Under the pieces are notes generated by a model. That model ran no database searches and had not been told where the DNA came from. It saw nothing but the letters and a program-made list of their open reading frames with translations. The position numbers were made by a program, and so were the translations under genes. Of a stretch of 64,000 nucleotides of DNA, positions 17,302 through 32,300 are shown one piece after another (positions within the stretch are counted from its first letter, which is position 1; every line of letters starts with the position of its first letter). Origin of the DNA: Chrysomallon squamiferum (taxonomy: Eukaryota; Animalia; Mollusca); contig CM022679.1 of the NCBI GenBank assembly GCA_012295275.1, positions 7,068,001 to 7,132,000 on the forward strand, in the 5' to 3' direction.

Positions 17302-20300
17302 TCATACATTTCCTCCTGTATTATACATTTCATCTATCACATCCTCTTCAACAAATTCAGCCTGCTCTTCATCTTCTTCTTCGTTTTTGGTATGGAACCC
17401 ATTTATCTTCTGGTTTGTGATGGTTTGACTCAGCGGAATGTTCAGAGCCTGGTGGATAGCCTCAATAGTTTTCATGTTCACGTAGTAGGTTACGCTCATA
17501 CCCCTAATTCTATTCTTCATCTCTTCCAGGGCAGCATAAGCCTTTAGATCAAACAAATATTAAGCATTTACTTATATTTATGGAAAATAAGTAGTATTCA
17601 TTTAAATAAAAGGAAAGGAAGTATTTCAGTAAGAGAAAAGAGTAGTTTAAATTAAAGAAAAATAACCATAACTACTGATAAAAGAAATATGAATATTTAT
17701 TATGATCAATAAATTGTAAAGTAGGTCAACAGTTACTTAATAACAGTTTAATGTAAGATGAATTTAATTTAACAATCTGTAAAACCTATTTATATTTATG
17801 ATTTAAAGACATTTTGCATTAGTTTTAGCAGTTGCAATAATATTTGACAACTGTACATAAATAGTGAATGTACAGCTTCATTTGGGTTCATGTATTTCTT
17901 AAAAAACAGGACAACAAAATCACTGTATTTTTGTGAAATTTGCAGAATAATTGTTGATGAAAGGTATTTTGTACAAAATGAAACCTGAAATATATTAATT
18001 CAAAATGCTAAAAGTCAAAAAGAAAAAGCTACTTACAGCCTTCCAGCGTTCTTTTCTTGCATAATGTTCAATAATGAATCCAAAGATATCACCAATTCTG
18101 ACAGCAGAGTCAATGTTTGGTTCCTCCAGCAACACCTGACACTGTTTCATAGCTTCCTCAGAATCCTCAGAATAAACCCTGTTTACAACAACATTAATTA
18201 ACTTACAAACGGCAGTAATTGAAATAAAAAAAAAAAAAAAAATGACAGTACTTACACAATGTATGGAAATGTAGTCTTCACCAAATTTTCAATTGTTAAT
18301 TATAATTTTTAACAGGTTTCCAATTTTTAAACATAAAACAATTTAAAACGAAACTGGAAGGTTAAACAAAATTTAAAAGATAAAAAGATAAAAATGAAGA
18401 AGAAGAAAGATGAAGAAAAAATAAAATGTACTAAAATATTGACCTGAAGAATTAAAAACATTGCAATAATCTACAAAACATAGCCAATTACTATATAATC
18501 ACCAATATTATGCATCATCTATGTCAAGAAACAACTTTTAATTTCCCAAATCATTTAATGTAATGTTTTATGAAGCCTTATTCTGGCATTTGACATTATT
18601 TAACTCAGATTTTATTATTTATTTTATTGTGTTCAGCAAACATTTTCATTGTAGTCTGCCAAACTGATTTATTGAAAGGAAATTTAATGATTTTTATTAT
18701 ATTTAAAATATAAAGAATAGAACAGCTGCAGATTAACTTCTAACTCTATATTGCTGTTTTATAAACCTTTAAAAAAAAAATAATAATAATAAAAAAACGT
18801 TTAAAGAAATAAAAATAATAAATAATTAACAAACAAACAAACAAACAAACAAAATAAATAAATAAAAAACAAACAAACAAGAAAAACGACAAAAAAAAAT
18901 AATTCACTAAATTTTCTGTAAGTACCTTCTTGCTGTAATGAACTTCTTTATGAGAGTCATTTTGTGGTTGATTTGAGATAGTCTTTCCTCCTGAAGACCT
19001 GTATCATTCATCTTTGCTTTACTCAAACATTTGTAAGCTTCTCCCAGAGCTCCTAAAGCCTTTTCATAATTCTGATATTCATCTATCTCAACCTATGCAG
19101 CAGATCATTTTTTTATAGTTTGAGTGACACTTTGAGCCAGTATGTTACATGAATAGCAAAATAATGACATGATACTTTTACATAAAAAAAAATATATAAT
19201 TTGTACCTTATAATATGCAAAAAAATAAAATAATTAAAAAACAATGAAATAAAAATAAAATGAACTAATATATGTCAATACAATTTCTCTTACATTCTTC
19301 CAGAAAAATAATTAACTGGATGTGTTATGTATGTTTTATTAATGAAGGAAAATCAATAAACAAACATTAGATAAACAGAAGGTACTGACAGTTTTACTAG
19401 CTGTACCCATATTAATAATTAAGTAAATATCAGTTATATTTAGAAGAGTGTACTGACAATAATGTTACCTGAGCACACGCATCATAGAAAGCTGCTAATG
19501 AGTCCAAGGCTCGTACCCTTGTTGTAAAAGCCAATAATATTTTTCATTATTTCAGGATCTTTGCGCCAGTCAAGGGACTGTAGATAGTTTGCAGCCATCA
19601 CGTAAATTTCCTTCTGTCTTGATACTCCAGCAAAGAACACAATCTTTTCTGTGTCACCAGATTTTAGCAATGCTTTCATTGCCTGATTAAAATTAAAAAA
19701 ATTTGAATAAAAGTACATTTTATACTCTGTGTTTGTGTGTATGTTTATTATATACATTTCTGAAGAGTCTGACTTAATACAAGTTCACTATTAATGTATT
19801 TCTAGAATGTTTCAATCATTTGATTACCTATCACAGTATTTTAAAAAGGAGTTTGTGCATGCTTGCATTTGTCTGCTAGTTTAATGTATAATAACTATAA
19901 TAAAAAAGGTTAAAAGGTGAAACGGAATTAATTTAAACTTAAAATGTTAATTCATTATAAATTAATCCAGTTAATTGTAATTTGCAAACTAATAAATTAA
20001 CAAAGTCTAAGAAATATTATTTTAGTATTTTGAACAAAAAATTTTCAACCACAATTCATCAATAAGTGAAAAGAAGCACAATAGTTGGGTTATGTTTGGT
20101 TTTTTAAAATTAATATAAAATACCTTTATTTTATTGCCAGCCTGTGTGTACTTCTTGGTAGCTTGATGATACTGTCCTTGGTGCATGCACACTTCACCAA
20201 TTGCTTCTAGAATCTTCAGTCGTTCCATTGTGTCATTCTCTCCATCAGATTTTGGAGGAGTTAATTTCTCTGCCAGATCTTCAGTAATGTCAACATGTTT

Positions 20301-23300
20301 CTCCATGCAGATTTTCAATGCCTCCCAGTACTATAAAGCAAACATTTTAAATATCCTTACAGTGTTCTGAAGCATTAATGAAACACCACTTTAGTTAACA
20401 CATTAAATATATACGTGGTGATAGAAACCTGTTGGACATTTTACCTTATTTTTAAAAATATCTATTAATGTTCTGTATTTAAATTTTTTAACATTGCTGA
20501 TTATAATGTAGACTGTTTGCAATATTTTAAAATTTCAAAAGAAACTATAACTAGTACAAAAGGCCCATTTCATCAAACAATTTCAAAAACTTTCTTATCA
20601 AAATTATATTAATTAACTCACTGTAATGGACATTTATCTGTGATTTCTATATTAGAAATGCTTTAAACTACCTTCTTGCCAATGGCCAGCAAATCAACTG
20701 CTTTGTCATACTGCTCATTCTCCAGAAAGAAATCTGCACATTGCTGTAACAGTTCAGGATCAGCTCTGTCATCCAGGTCACCAGATATCAACTGGAGGGC
20801 ACCAAATTGCTTGGTTTTAAATGCAAGATCCAAGGCTTTGGAGAAATTTCCTGCCTGCAAATGAATTATCAAATATTAAAAGGCTTTTCTTTTCACTATT
20901 GTTTTATATGGAGGTGGGATTTCTGTGAGGTTTCACAGTTTAGGTTTGGTGTTTTTTATTTTTCAAAGATATACTGAAAGAAAACACTAAACAACCAAAA
21001 ATTCACAATAAACAATGCTTTCAAGAAATTTTTTAAACTGTATTTTTATTGTATTTTTTATTACAGTAAGTTTATTCTGGTAGTTTGAAATTATATATAT
21101 TCTTAAATATTCAACATTTGCAAGTATTCAGTGGATTCAGTAATGATAGATCTGGTAACTTGTCATATTACTGTGACTACCATTTGTCCACTATTTTTTG
21201 CATAGTTATTTTACATATTTAATATAAACAAGATACATTCCACACTGAAATAACAGTGTCTGAAGTAAAAACATGCTTACTTTGTGGTATAACATGACTG
21301 CCTTGTCATGATAGCGAGGATGTTCTTCATAATATCTCGCAGCTTCCATCATATCTTCAGGTCGACCCATCAGAGCCAAGTTCACAAGCTGATCTTCATA
21401 ATCATGTTCCTGAAATATAAAGCAACAAAAGTTTTAATAATATTTTATAATAATATATTTGATTTTGTTTATTTTACACAGACAAAAGCAATTAATTATA
21501 AAGTGGTTATCTGAGAAGCTATCAACATTCCAGCCAGTGATCAGTAATTTGGAAATAAAAAAAATGTTATGTGCTTTCCTTCATTTTATCTATAGAGAAA
21601 ACAGCTCATAAGCATGTGAGCTACTATACATTTCTTCACCAAACACTGAATAAAGCTTCTCCCTGTCTTTATTTTAAAAAAGAAAGAATCAGAGAAGATT
21701 TATTAAACAGCTATAGAAAAATTATTAATAACCAATTAAAGCATTCTTGAATTTATTCTCCATAAAATTCTGTATATTCAGTTTAACTTACCTTGCATAA
21801 TCTAATGGCTCCACCAAATGCTTGAGCCCTGGTAAAGAAGTGTATGGCTTCTTTGATCTGGTTCTGATTTTCATACTGCCTGGCTAAATAGTAACAAGCT
21901 GCTCTGTCACCTGTCTCATTGCAAACTTCTGCTGCCTGAAACAGAGTGAAGGATTTTTTATTAGAAAATAATGTAATTAGGAGGATATTTATTTAAAGAC
22001 AGAACCATAGTTTGATGAGGAGTAAAAAGTGAAATGTAATCTATTTTAACACAGTCTTAATGCAAATCTCTGCTGCCTGAAACACAGAATTAAGAATTTT
22101 GTTCTATATTAGAAAAGAAAATAATCAGAGTGACATTTATTTGCATAAAGACAGAATTATAAAAATGATGGTTTTAACAGAATCAGTTTAATTAGAAGAA
22201 TTACAGAAAAAAACATTCAAAGGTAAAATAACTCAATTCCACCACTAAAAAACTGAAAATTGATTAGAAACCTGTGTGAACATGAACTATTCAAGTAATA
22301 TAAGGAAACAGATTCTGTTTTGTCTGTATCATTCATGTGCACCTAACACATCATGTATTTACACTTTATTTTAAATTTTTAATTATTATTCACTGTTTAA
22401 TCAGACGTAAACAAGAATATAATTTAATATCCATTGCTATCAGTATGTTTGCACCTTGGCCTAATACTTTATTTATAAACAAGAACATTGATCTTGGGTA
22501 AATGAAAAGAAGAAAGTATATAGTGGTCTTCCCCACCATAAAAATTATATTTACAAATAGTAAAATAAATGGATTAACCTAGGTGTCACAAAGACAGATA
22601 CATTAAAAATTGCTTTTACCTTTTCCATGTTATTACAGAAGCAGTAGACACGAACAAGAGACATGTAATCCTGAGCTTCTTCATAATATTGTAGTGCTGT
22701 CTCCATGTCACTGTTACTTTCCAAATATTGTGCCCACCATTTCTTCAAAGCTCTGAGTACCCATATAAAATATTCACATTATAAAAGTTTTAATAATTTC
22801 ATTCCCAATATTATACAAAGAATAATCATTCTGATATAATGGTGTGTACTATTATTAGCTCTAATTATATATTATTTAAGTAAATTATTTACACTGTCAT
22901 AATAATAATCTAATTATTAAAATGGGCTTTAATAAAATACTTGATTTTTATAGTCTACAATCTGATGTCACGTTATCCAAAACAAACAACAAAAAATGCG
23001 ATTACTGTGGTTACAACTTTCAAAACATAACAAGAACACGCATGCCATTATGTAAATCTTTACAAGTAAAACATACAAGATAACTTACTTGTCTTTACTT
23101 TTTTGAACATAAAGTTCTAGCTGCCCTGGATCATCTAACAACATTCGTGGAACTTCAAATCTGTGAGTCTCTGATTTTTCATAACTGTAGAAGAGAAACA
23201 AAATGATATTTATTTTAAAAACATACAAATCTATTTAATGTTATATGTCAATAAAGATGTTCCAAAAAAATGTTATGCTTGTTATTATATTTTTATTTTT

Positions 23301-26300
23301 TATTTTGCATGCATTGTGTTTTTATAGAAGGATCTCTTGTTAATTTTATTTTCTTTTAATGGATCAACAAATGATTTTCCATAAATAATATAATAATTAC
23401 GTTTTTCTGTGCTGATTAACTGATTATAAAGCAAATGAATATCCATCAATTTATTTGATATACGAAATGATGCCACAAGGATTATACCAAATTTTATGAT
23501 TAGCCAAAGTTGGTGACTAGTAAAACAAAACTTCATAGTATACAAAATAGACCAAATAGTTTACACTATAGAAACACTTTTAATAAATGCTAATAAAATC
23601 AGTGATTACTTAGGTATGGCAGAAACTGGATCTCCACTTTCCTCAAGATGTTTTGCATAATTATAAAATGTTGTTCGCAGATGAATCCTGTCATACATCT
23701 CAGCAGTTTCTAAAGCCTGAAATATCATATTAGTTATTTCTTTACTTATCAGATGTCAATGAATTAAACAAATGAGATATTAACTATTATGAGAAAATCA
23801 GTTTAAAAATATATTTTATGGGCAATTAAAACAAACACAAAGAAAAAATACAGGAATATTTATTTGCTTTACCAAATACTTTATGCAGGAATTCTACATA
23901 ACCAATATTTATAATCTATAATTATTATAATTATTCAATAAAGATGTTTACCGCCATAAAAAAGGATTTGAAACAAGAATCTATTTTAATTCTGAGATAA
24001 AAAAATAAATTGCACTGAAGGATATAAATATTTATGACATGAAAAAACTTTGTAATAAAACTGTAATAAATTCAGCATTTTATATAAGTAGATATGTGTT
24101 GTTAGTGAAATAAAATTTCCATCTTACCTTGGTCCAGTGTCCTCTATCTTGATAAAACTGGTTTAAAAGATCATAACGTTTACAATTCCTAAGCAATCTC
24201 TCTGCATCTTCCTATAAAATAATAAATTATTTGATTAACCAAGACACTGTAATAAATGAATACATATTTAATAAAAATTATACAAGTATAACAATGTTTA
24301 TAAACAGGAAATTATTTTCTATGGATCTCTTGTATCAGTTAGTAGCCAGGAATCTTTTATATTTACCTTTCCTCAAACAGGAAAATGCATACCTCATACT
24401 TTTATCTTAATAATTTCTTTTACGTTTTATTCTGTTATGGAAACCATTTTTATGAAATGTTGTTCATTTTATTAATCACAGTGAAAATTCAACTCACGAA
24501 AAGTTCTAGCTGTATGGCAAGAACTGCCACTCTTGCATCAAGTTCTTGTTCCTTTGAAGCTTCTCGTAAAGCTTTGGCTCCTCTAGCATGTCCCATGTTC
24601 CCAAGACAGACACTGGCTACGTCAAGTCGTCGACTTTTCACACACATTTTTGCCATATTTTCCCAAACTGACTCACTACAAGTAAATTAATAAACATGTG
24701 ACTGTTTTACGTTTTAAATATATTATATATAGTATCTAACATTAGTTTTGCTACACTAGTTTGAGTGAAATAACATAATTGTAACTGTCATTGGTTTCAA
24801 GTAAGTTGTTTGTAAAGTAGGCAAACATAAAAATTTGAAATAACCTACAACAAACATGCTACCCTTTTAATGGTATTTATACTGTATGTAAGATGATTAT
24901 ATTTACCATACTGGTTATGATTATCATTCATAGAGTTAGAAAATTAGATCTGTATCATTAGTATCAAGTAAATTAAGGAATAGTAACATAATAACTTAAT
25001 TTGTAATAAAATAAATTGAGAGACAGTTGCACTTTAACCAAAATAACATCAATGTTATTTTAAATCTGTGGAATACAAGTTCTCAGAATATTTTAAAACT
25101 TCAAAATCTGATATTCACAATACCTCTTGATAAGTTTGATAGATTTGAATGCTTCATCCATGTTTCCTATCGTAAGATAGTAACTGAAATTCATCATGGC
25201 ATCTCTTGTCACTTTATCACTGTTTTCCAACCCTACAAAGTCACGCATCACTTTGCGAGCTACAAGTTTAGGATAAACAGCAGTCCCTCCCTCAGAATTT
25301 AGTACGTGATCATTTTGTTCAGAAGTTCCATCATCACCTGCTAAATTTTCTGGCTGTAATAAACAAATAAAAAAATATTTCTTAAAATTATGAGTAAAGG
25401 AAGAAGATAAAATTTTAAATATTATGCTATTAAAATTTATATTTTAATGTTATGATATAGAGGTCACCTTTACTTTGTTTGTATAAACAAAATGGAGGAT
25501 CTTACTTTAGAAATAATTCTAAAAATGAATGAAATGAAAGCATCAGTTATTTTTGCTTATAAGCTCTTTAAATTTTAAATGAATAAAAAATAACAACATT
25601 ATTTAAAAATGAGGTACAAAATTTGCTTAAATAATAATGACAAGGACAGTACAATGTAGATTATTATAGTTAACCAAATACTCTTGTGAAAATGACATAG
25701 TTAACTGGGTCTCAAGTATACCAGAGATAGGTACCTTTTTCACAAAGTAATGGTAAGGAACCTGAACTCCAAGGAACGAATTATACTGCTGAGGTATTGC
25801 AAAACTGTCCTGTATAAGAATTCCATTCTCTGATGTACAGAACAGTGATACAATCATCTTATCAACCTGCATGATAAAGAAAAAGTATTTTGCAATTTTT
25901 AAATATATTTCAATCATATCTGGAAAGAATAAAACTTCATATGATTACATGACAGTAAATCTTGTTTTTAATTATGGTTTTTCAAATATAGAAAAATAAA
26001 ATAAAACTCTGCCAACAAAAAAAACCATTATTGTTGCAAACTTGCATTAATCTCAGTTTGTTAGAATTTCTCTGTGTGAAATGATGTCACAAATAAGACA
26101 GAATGTCAACTTCTTTGCACCTTTCAGTACTCTATTCTCTTATCAGAAACAGATTTCCATTCAGTTGTACACAATTTTTGTTCAAAGGAACATACTAAGT
26201 AAAAAAAAATACATAGATATATATATATATATACATATAAAAAAAATACTGACTGGTCCCTCTTCAATAGGTTTTGACAGTGATGGTTTTCTTTTAAGGT

Positions 26301-29300
26301 CTTTATCTTCTTTGATAAAAAGAATCTTTGCTTCACACACCACAAGTTTAGGCTCGCTGGGATCCCAAAGGTGTGAAATAGGACAACGGCCAGCAATGTC
26401 TTTGGCAGCCTGATTTTTACCTCTAAATATAAATATTCACTAATTAAAAAAGTAAATAGATGTATTTTATATATTAAGAAATTACTATTTATTTATTTAT
26501 TTATTTATCATATGAAAAAGTGTCATTTTAATAGAAAAAACAATTAAAATAAACATAACTAAATACACCAAAAATTATGTAATTTCATAATCTGAGTTCT
26601 TTTAAAGATATTTACTATGAATTATTGAATCCAATAAAATTTAAATGAGTATTAACCTCTCAGCATCATTGGTATCAGCATCACTTTCCTCTGTTTTGCC
26701 ATCAGGAGGGGGATAGTCATCTTGTTCTCCGTGTCCAGTTTCAAAGTTAAAATACTGCACATTGTCATTCTCAGCATCCCAGAAATAAAGTTTATTGTCT
26801 GGTTCACCATTGCTCTAATAAAACAAATGATTAATATATCAAGTAATTTCTTTTTTTAATATTTAAAATCTGTTAATATTCATCAGTAGTGCTAAAAAAT
26901 GCATTTTACAAACAGAAAGAGAGATAAAACTCTCTTGATGTTATAAGGATATAATTCATAATTCATAATATATATTTAACAAAAAGTGTTATTGGATATA
27001 CTGTTCACTCAAAACATAAAAGCTAATTAAATACAATAAAATATCAGGGGTATATACATATAATCCATTAACTCTTTCATCAGCCAGAAAATGTTTTAAT
27101 TCATGATTGCAATTTTATTACAAGGCTACATTTGCAAAAACACCCACATTTTTATCTTCTTCTTTTGTTTATTTTTACCCTTCTGAGTTGTAAAAATACC
27201 ATGGAAAAGAATTAATGCTATGTAATATAAACCTGCTTACTAAACATTCAAAAATGTAATTGAACACATCTCAAACCAAAAAATTCAGGTTTTTAAATCT
27301 ATATTTCTCTAATTATTTTTATATTTTCATTTAGTAATGCTGGATTTGCTTACCTTTCTGATCAGAATACTGACTCTATTTCCTGCAGAATTACATCTGA
27401 CTGAGATAACTCCTCCAAAGTCACGGACAAAATCAGATAAATTTTTAGGATTACAGTGCATTTTGGCCTCCCTATTAAAAATAAACAAATACAATACAGT
27501 TTTATATACAATTATTAATAAGACAAAACAGATCAATTTGTAAAAAAATTGTTTTTAAAAACTGACAACTATTTTTTATCACTATTAATAGCATTCTAAA
27601 CTTATGCTTTTAAAGCCATTCATCTTGACTTGATGTGAATGTCTTGGACATTAAAACTGGATTTGGAAAAAATCGCTGCTATTAAAACTGAACAGGTTTT
27701 TTACTGTTGTTGTTGTTTTTTTTATCTTTGTGACTATAAATCTATTTTTTAGATTAAATATAGGTCTGCCACATTATAGATTGTTACCTTCGAACCAGGT
27801 CATAGACTTTGAGGATACCATGCTCAGTGGCTATAACAAGGAAATTTCCACATATATCCATAGAAACTGGCTCTCCTTCAAGGTCTGTGAAAACCAGATG
27901 CTGTTTCACGGTGCCCTGATAAAACAAACAGATGGCTAATCAAAATGTAGTTATCTTTTCACTATCTCATTTTATTAAATACTAAATTACACTGTAAAAT
28001 GTCATGCTAAATTTAGAAATTATTATAATTTGATACATTTTAGTCAGATGTTCAATGACATGGAAAAATAAGACATCTGTCCTTGACCTCCCAGTACACA
28101 ATTATTTGATCAACAAACAAGGTATATATGGCTGAAATCAACATACAGATTTTATGATAATAGTTCATCTTAGGGCAACTACAATGCAATATCAAATGCT
28201 GAAAAGATACAACTTTTTTGAGGATTTTTTTTTTTTAAATTTTAAAGGAATAAATACCTGGAATGTCCGAACTTGGACTTTGTTTTGTTCAATGGAGTAC
28301 ACATTCTGTTCATACAAACAAATAGTCATGGATTCTGTGATAAATGAACCTGCAAAGGCGATAAACATACTGTCCAAATCAGTATCACATGCTGTGACTG
28401 CAGATTTTTTAAAACTAGTTATCTATCTTGATTTTTGGACCATTTTATAATGCAAGATTCTTTGGATAATTATGAGTTTTAAACTAATTCAATATTACTG
28501 TCTTCTCTGTAAAGCTACCATTTTAAACAAAATTATCTATTTAACAAAATACATTCATATATTATTGTGACTGGCTATGCAAGAAGTAACTGAGATACCA
28601 TATCTAATTAAGCACACACAGATCAAAAAAGATATAACCAGTAGTTGCTCCACCCTTATTATTTTTAGTTTAATAATAAATATCTTTCAACCTAAAAACT
28701 ATATCCATCACATTGATGATACCCTTGTTAACTGCCCGTGGTTTTTCCTTCTCAATAGGATGCTAAAAAACCAAACCATGCAGATATCTGTAACAAAAAG
28801 GTATACCTGCTGCTCGAATGACCAATTTGTCAGCTGAATATTCATAAATGATGACTCTTTTACCATTCCATACAGCCAGAGCATCCTGTATAAAATAATT
28901 TGTTTAATGTTTTTGTTATTATCATTAAGAATTAATATTTAGTGTACAACAATAGCATTCCATGATGGAGGCTGAGGTGACTTTCTGAAAAACATGTACA
29001 AGTTGAACAGCTACTTAATCTTGTGACCTTTATTATTATACTGAGATCTCATTTTTATTTACTGGATATAAATAAAGAGGGGTTGTAACAAAATAGTTCA
29101 TTATTAAGAATCATGGGTATCAGTCCACACATCATACCAATAATGATTTCCTCACATACTATAGATTAATACCTTCTACTTTGTAATAATATTGGTGCAT
29201 TATCTGAGATACAAATTACACAACCTACCTTTGTGGTACATATGCCTTTAACCTGGATGTCAGTTTTAAGATCATGATGATTTCCACTTGCAAACATGTC

Positions 29301-32300
29301 TATTGAGAGAGAACTGGGTCCATATTGTACAACAGCTGTCTAAAAACAGAAGGAAAAAAAAAAAAAATGATAACATGACTTATTGCTAACAGTGATAAGT
29401 AAAATTATATTCATCAAGTTATTCATCATATTATTTAAGTTCTGAATCTATTATTATATTTAAACTTTGAATAATATCATGGCAACTATTACGTCTCAAA
29501 TTTTGTAATATTTATATTGTTGGCTTAGACTTAATCCAGATTAGCTAAATTATATTTCACCCAGTCCAGTCTAATCTGGATTCTCAGCAGGTGCTGATAC
29601 AATACCAGAAAACATACACAAAATCATGTAAGATGCAATTTCAAGATAACCTGATCCATGTAGCTGGAGGTCATGACTTGTTCACTGAGAATGAATACAT
29701 TGGCTATTGTATTGATTGCCATCAGAGCCTTGTTGCTTCCCCACTAAAAAATAAATAAATAAAATTTACACAAGTCTGGTAAGATTAAATACTGTAATTC
29801 ACTAAATTGGTAATTATAGTGTCTTCAATCAGACTAACTTAATGAAAGCAAATAGGAAGTTTGTGGCTTGGAACACACTTTGTTTTTATTAAGTTTTTGT
29901 AAGAAACAAAAATCTTATTAACAGATTAATTATCAGAGGACAATCCAGAATTCTGAGAAACATGGTGGGGGCCATTTATTCAAGACAAAATGAGTTTTAT
30001 TGGAAACAAAAAACCGATATTGAAACCTCCATCTGGATCAATGTTATTATCCTTAAAAGTGAAACATACAATTTATTTTTCTAAACTGCTAATATTGTAT
30101 AAATATTTCAATATGAGTCAAACCCTGATTTGTCGAACAGGGCCCTCCACTGTGGCAGGGGCTTGAAGTTTCCATTTTTCTTCTCCATCCACTTTCTTGT
30201 ACCCTTCCATGGCTGAGTACTTCCACATTGCAATGTTACCCATGTTTGTACCACCTGCAATAATACCTATAAAACACACAAAAACAAGAATCACTGTAAC
30301 TGTGTATAGTAGATTTTTCCAAATTAAAAACATAATTTCAAAAATTAAAAAAGGTTTAAAACATTTTATAAAAGGATTCTGAAGAAAAATCAATACATTG
30401 CTCACAGAGTGTAATTTGAAAATAAACTGACCCCTTTCAGCATTATAGGCCACACAAATTATTGTTTCATTAGGGTCATAGCTGGAGTGACCATCCAAAC
30501 TGAGAACAAAGTTGTCATCCAAGTCCAAGTCCCAGAGCCTGAAACATTTTAATAACATTCACATAGTTTTATGATTAATTAATTACAGAAATTTTTCAAT
30601 GTAAAACTCAATTTTTAAGGAAGACTATAAGATTCATTTTTCCATTTTATCATCAGGCCATTTCACATACAGAAATGTAAAATTGTTATCAGCAAGAATT
30701 AAAAAAAAAATCCCAAAAGCCACCAATCATTTGAAAGTATGTACAACAAATACTGTATGTATGTTTTGAAAGATGGCTACTTTTTCTAATGTAATTTTCT
30801 TTCAAGTTAATTTCATTATCCTTTTTTAAAATTCCGGATTCTAAATATCATTGATTAACAAAAATAAGTTGACATTTTGATTCTTCAGTTCTTTCCAATT
30901 CTAAACAGTAGAAAATAAAAGCAAAATGAAAGTTCATAAGCACATTCACTTTGTTTCTTTTAAAGACATTTCTTACCTAATGACCATCTCTCCTGTGGCT
31001 GTTACCAGCAAACCTTTGCTAGCCCAGATAAAGTCTGGTTGATCTGTCCGCCCACTTAATTTCACCTAATAATTGATAAAAAAAATAAAAGTGATTCATG
31101 TTCATGAAGTAATTCAAAAATAAAGTACATCACTTTCAGTCTTCCCAATTTCAAGTACAGTTTATAATTGCTCTAATATATTATTTCATATATATAGGTA
31201 TAGCATTAATTCATAAAATTCAAATTATTTTGCATTAATAATTAACCAATATTAATAAACACATTTTTCTGTTTCAAACTGATACCTCATGTGTTTAAAC
31301 TCTAAGATACCTTTGAATAACACTCAATAACCAATCTCTTTTGTAAAAGAATATCTGTATCCCATGAGGAATAAATATTTCTTCCTAGCCATGAACATTT
31401 GTTCCCCCCAAATAGATGAAGAACTATGGTTCCCAATGCTTTAAGTTACAGAATTAGTGTGAATTTCCTACTTGGATAACAATACATTTTTTAAAAAATC
31501 ATTTTCCACAATATTTTCATACCAGTGTACTAACTGTCCTCAGCATTTTGATAAATGGAAATAAGAATTAGAAAATTAGAGTCAAAAGCTGCAGAAGGGT
31601 GATGGCAGATTATACAGGCCTAAATAACTTTCTTCCTTTAAACTACTGATTTTCCTAATGTTAAATGGTAAATAGATGAGAAGGCACATTCAGCAGAATT
31701 TATTTATAGATTTATCAATAATAATCATACAATGCATGAATGCTGCCTAGTTGTGATCTCAAAATAAGGAATCTATACAATAGTCTTCTGATTCAAAATA
31801 AGCATGCCAGAACTTTACAGTTACACAGAAAAAACTGGGTTTAATATGCTATAAGATAAAAAACATAATAACAGTTTTCAATGAGATTTGCCTTTTTGAA
31901 GCTACTTCGCTTTTTTCAAGTTTAATAAAAATAAACATGCTACATGAATGTTTATCACCAATCAATGGAACTGTGACTATCAAGTAATTTTTCATGCTGA
32001 CTATTCAATATACATGGCATTAAAACTGCCACGAACTGATTTCGTCTAAGTCTTTGTGGTTGATGAACATTATGATAGGACATCACTGAAGTGGCCCCCT
32101 AGAAACTGTACTGACATCAGGGTGTTGTTAAACAAACAAATTAAACTCCAAGATTATTTCTGTGTTGGTTCCATTATACTATTTTATCACATAACTGTAA
32201 CATTTAAATATCACTGACCTTTAAGATTTCTTTAGTGTCACCTTCTGTCATGACAGCATGTTGTGATAACAACAGATTGTCAGTGATTGTGAGTAAAATG

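Noticed and set aside
20185-30382. Plus-strand ORFs inside IFT140 (e.g. 20676-20864, 24385-24690, 26081-26413)
   Set aside because: Antisense shadows of real exons with no independent protein features.
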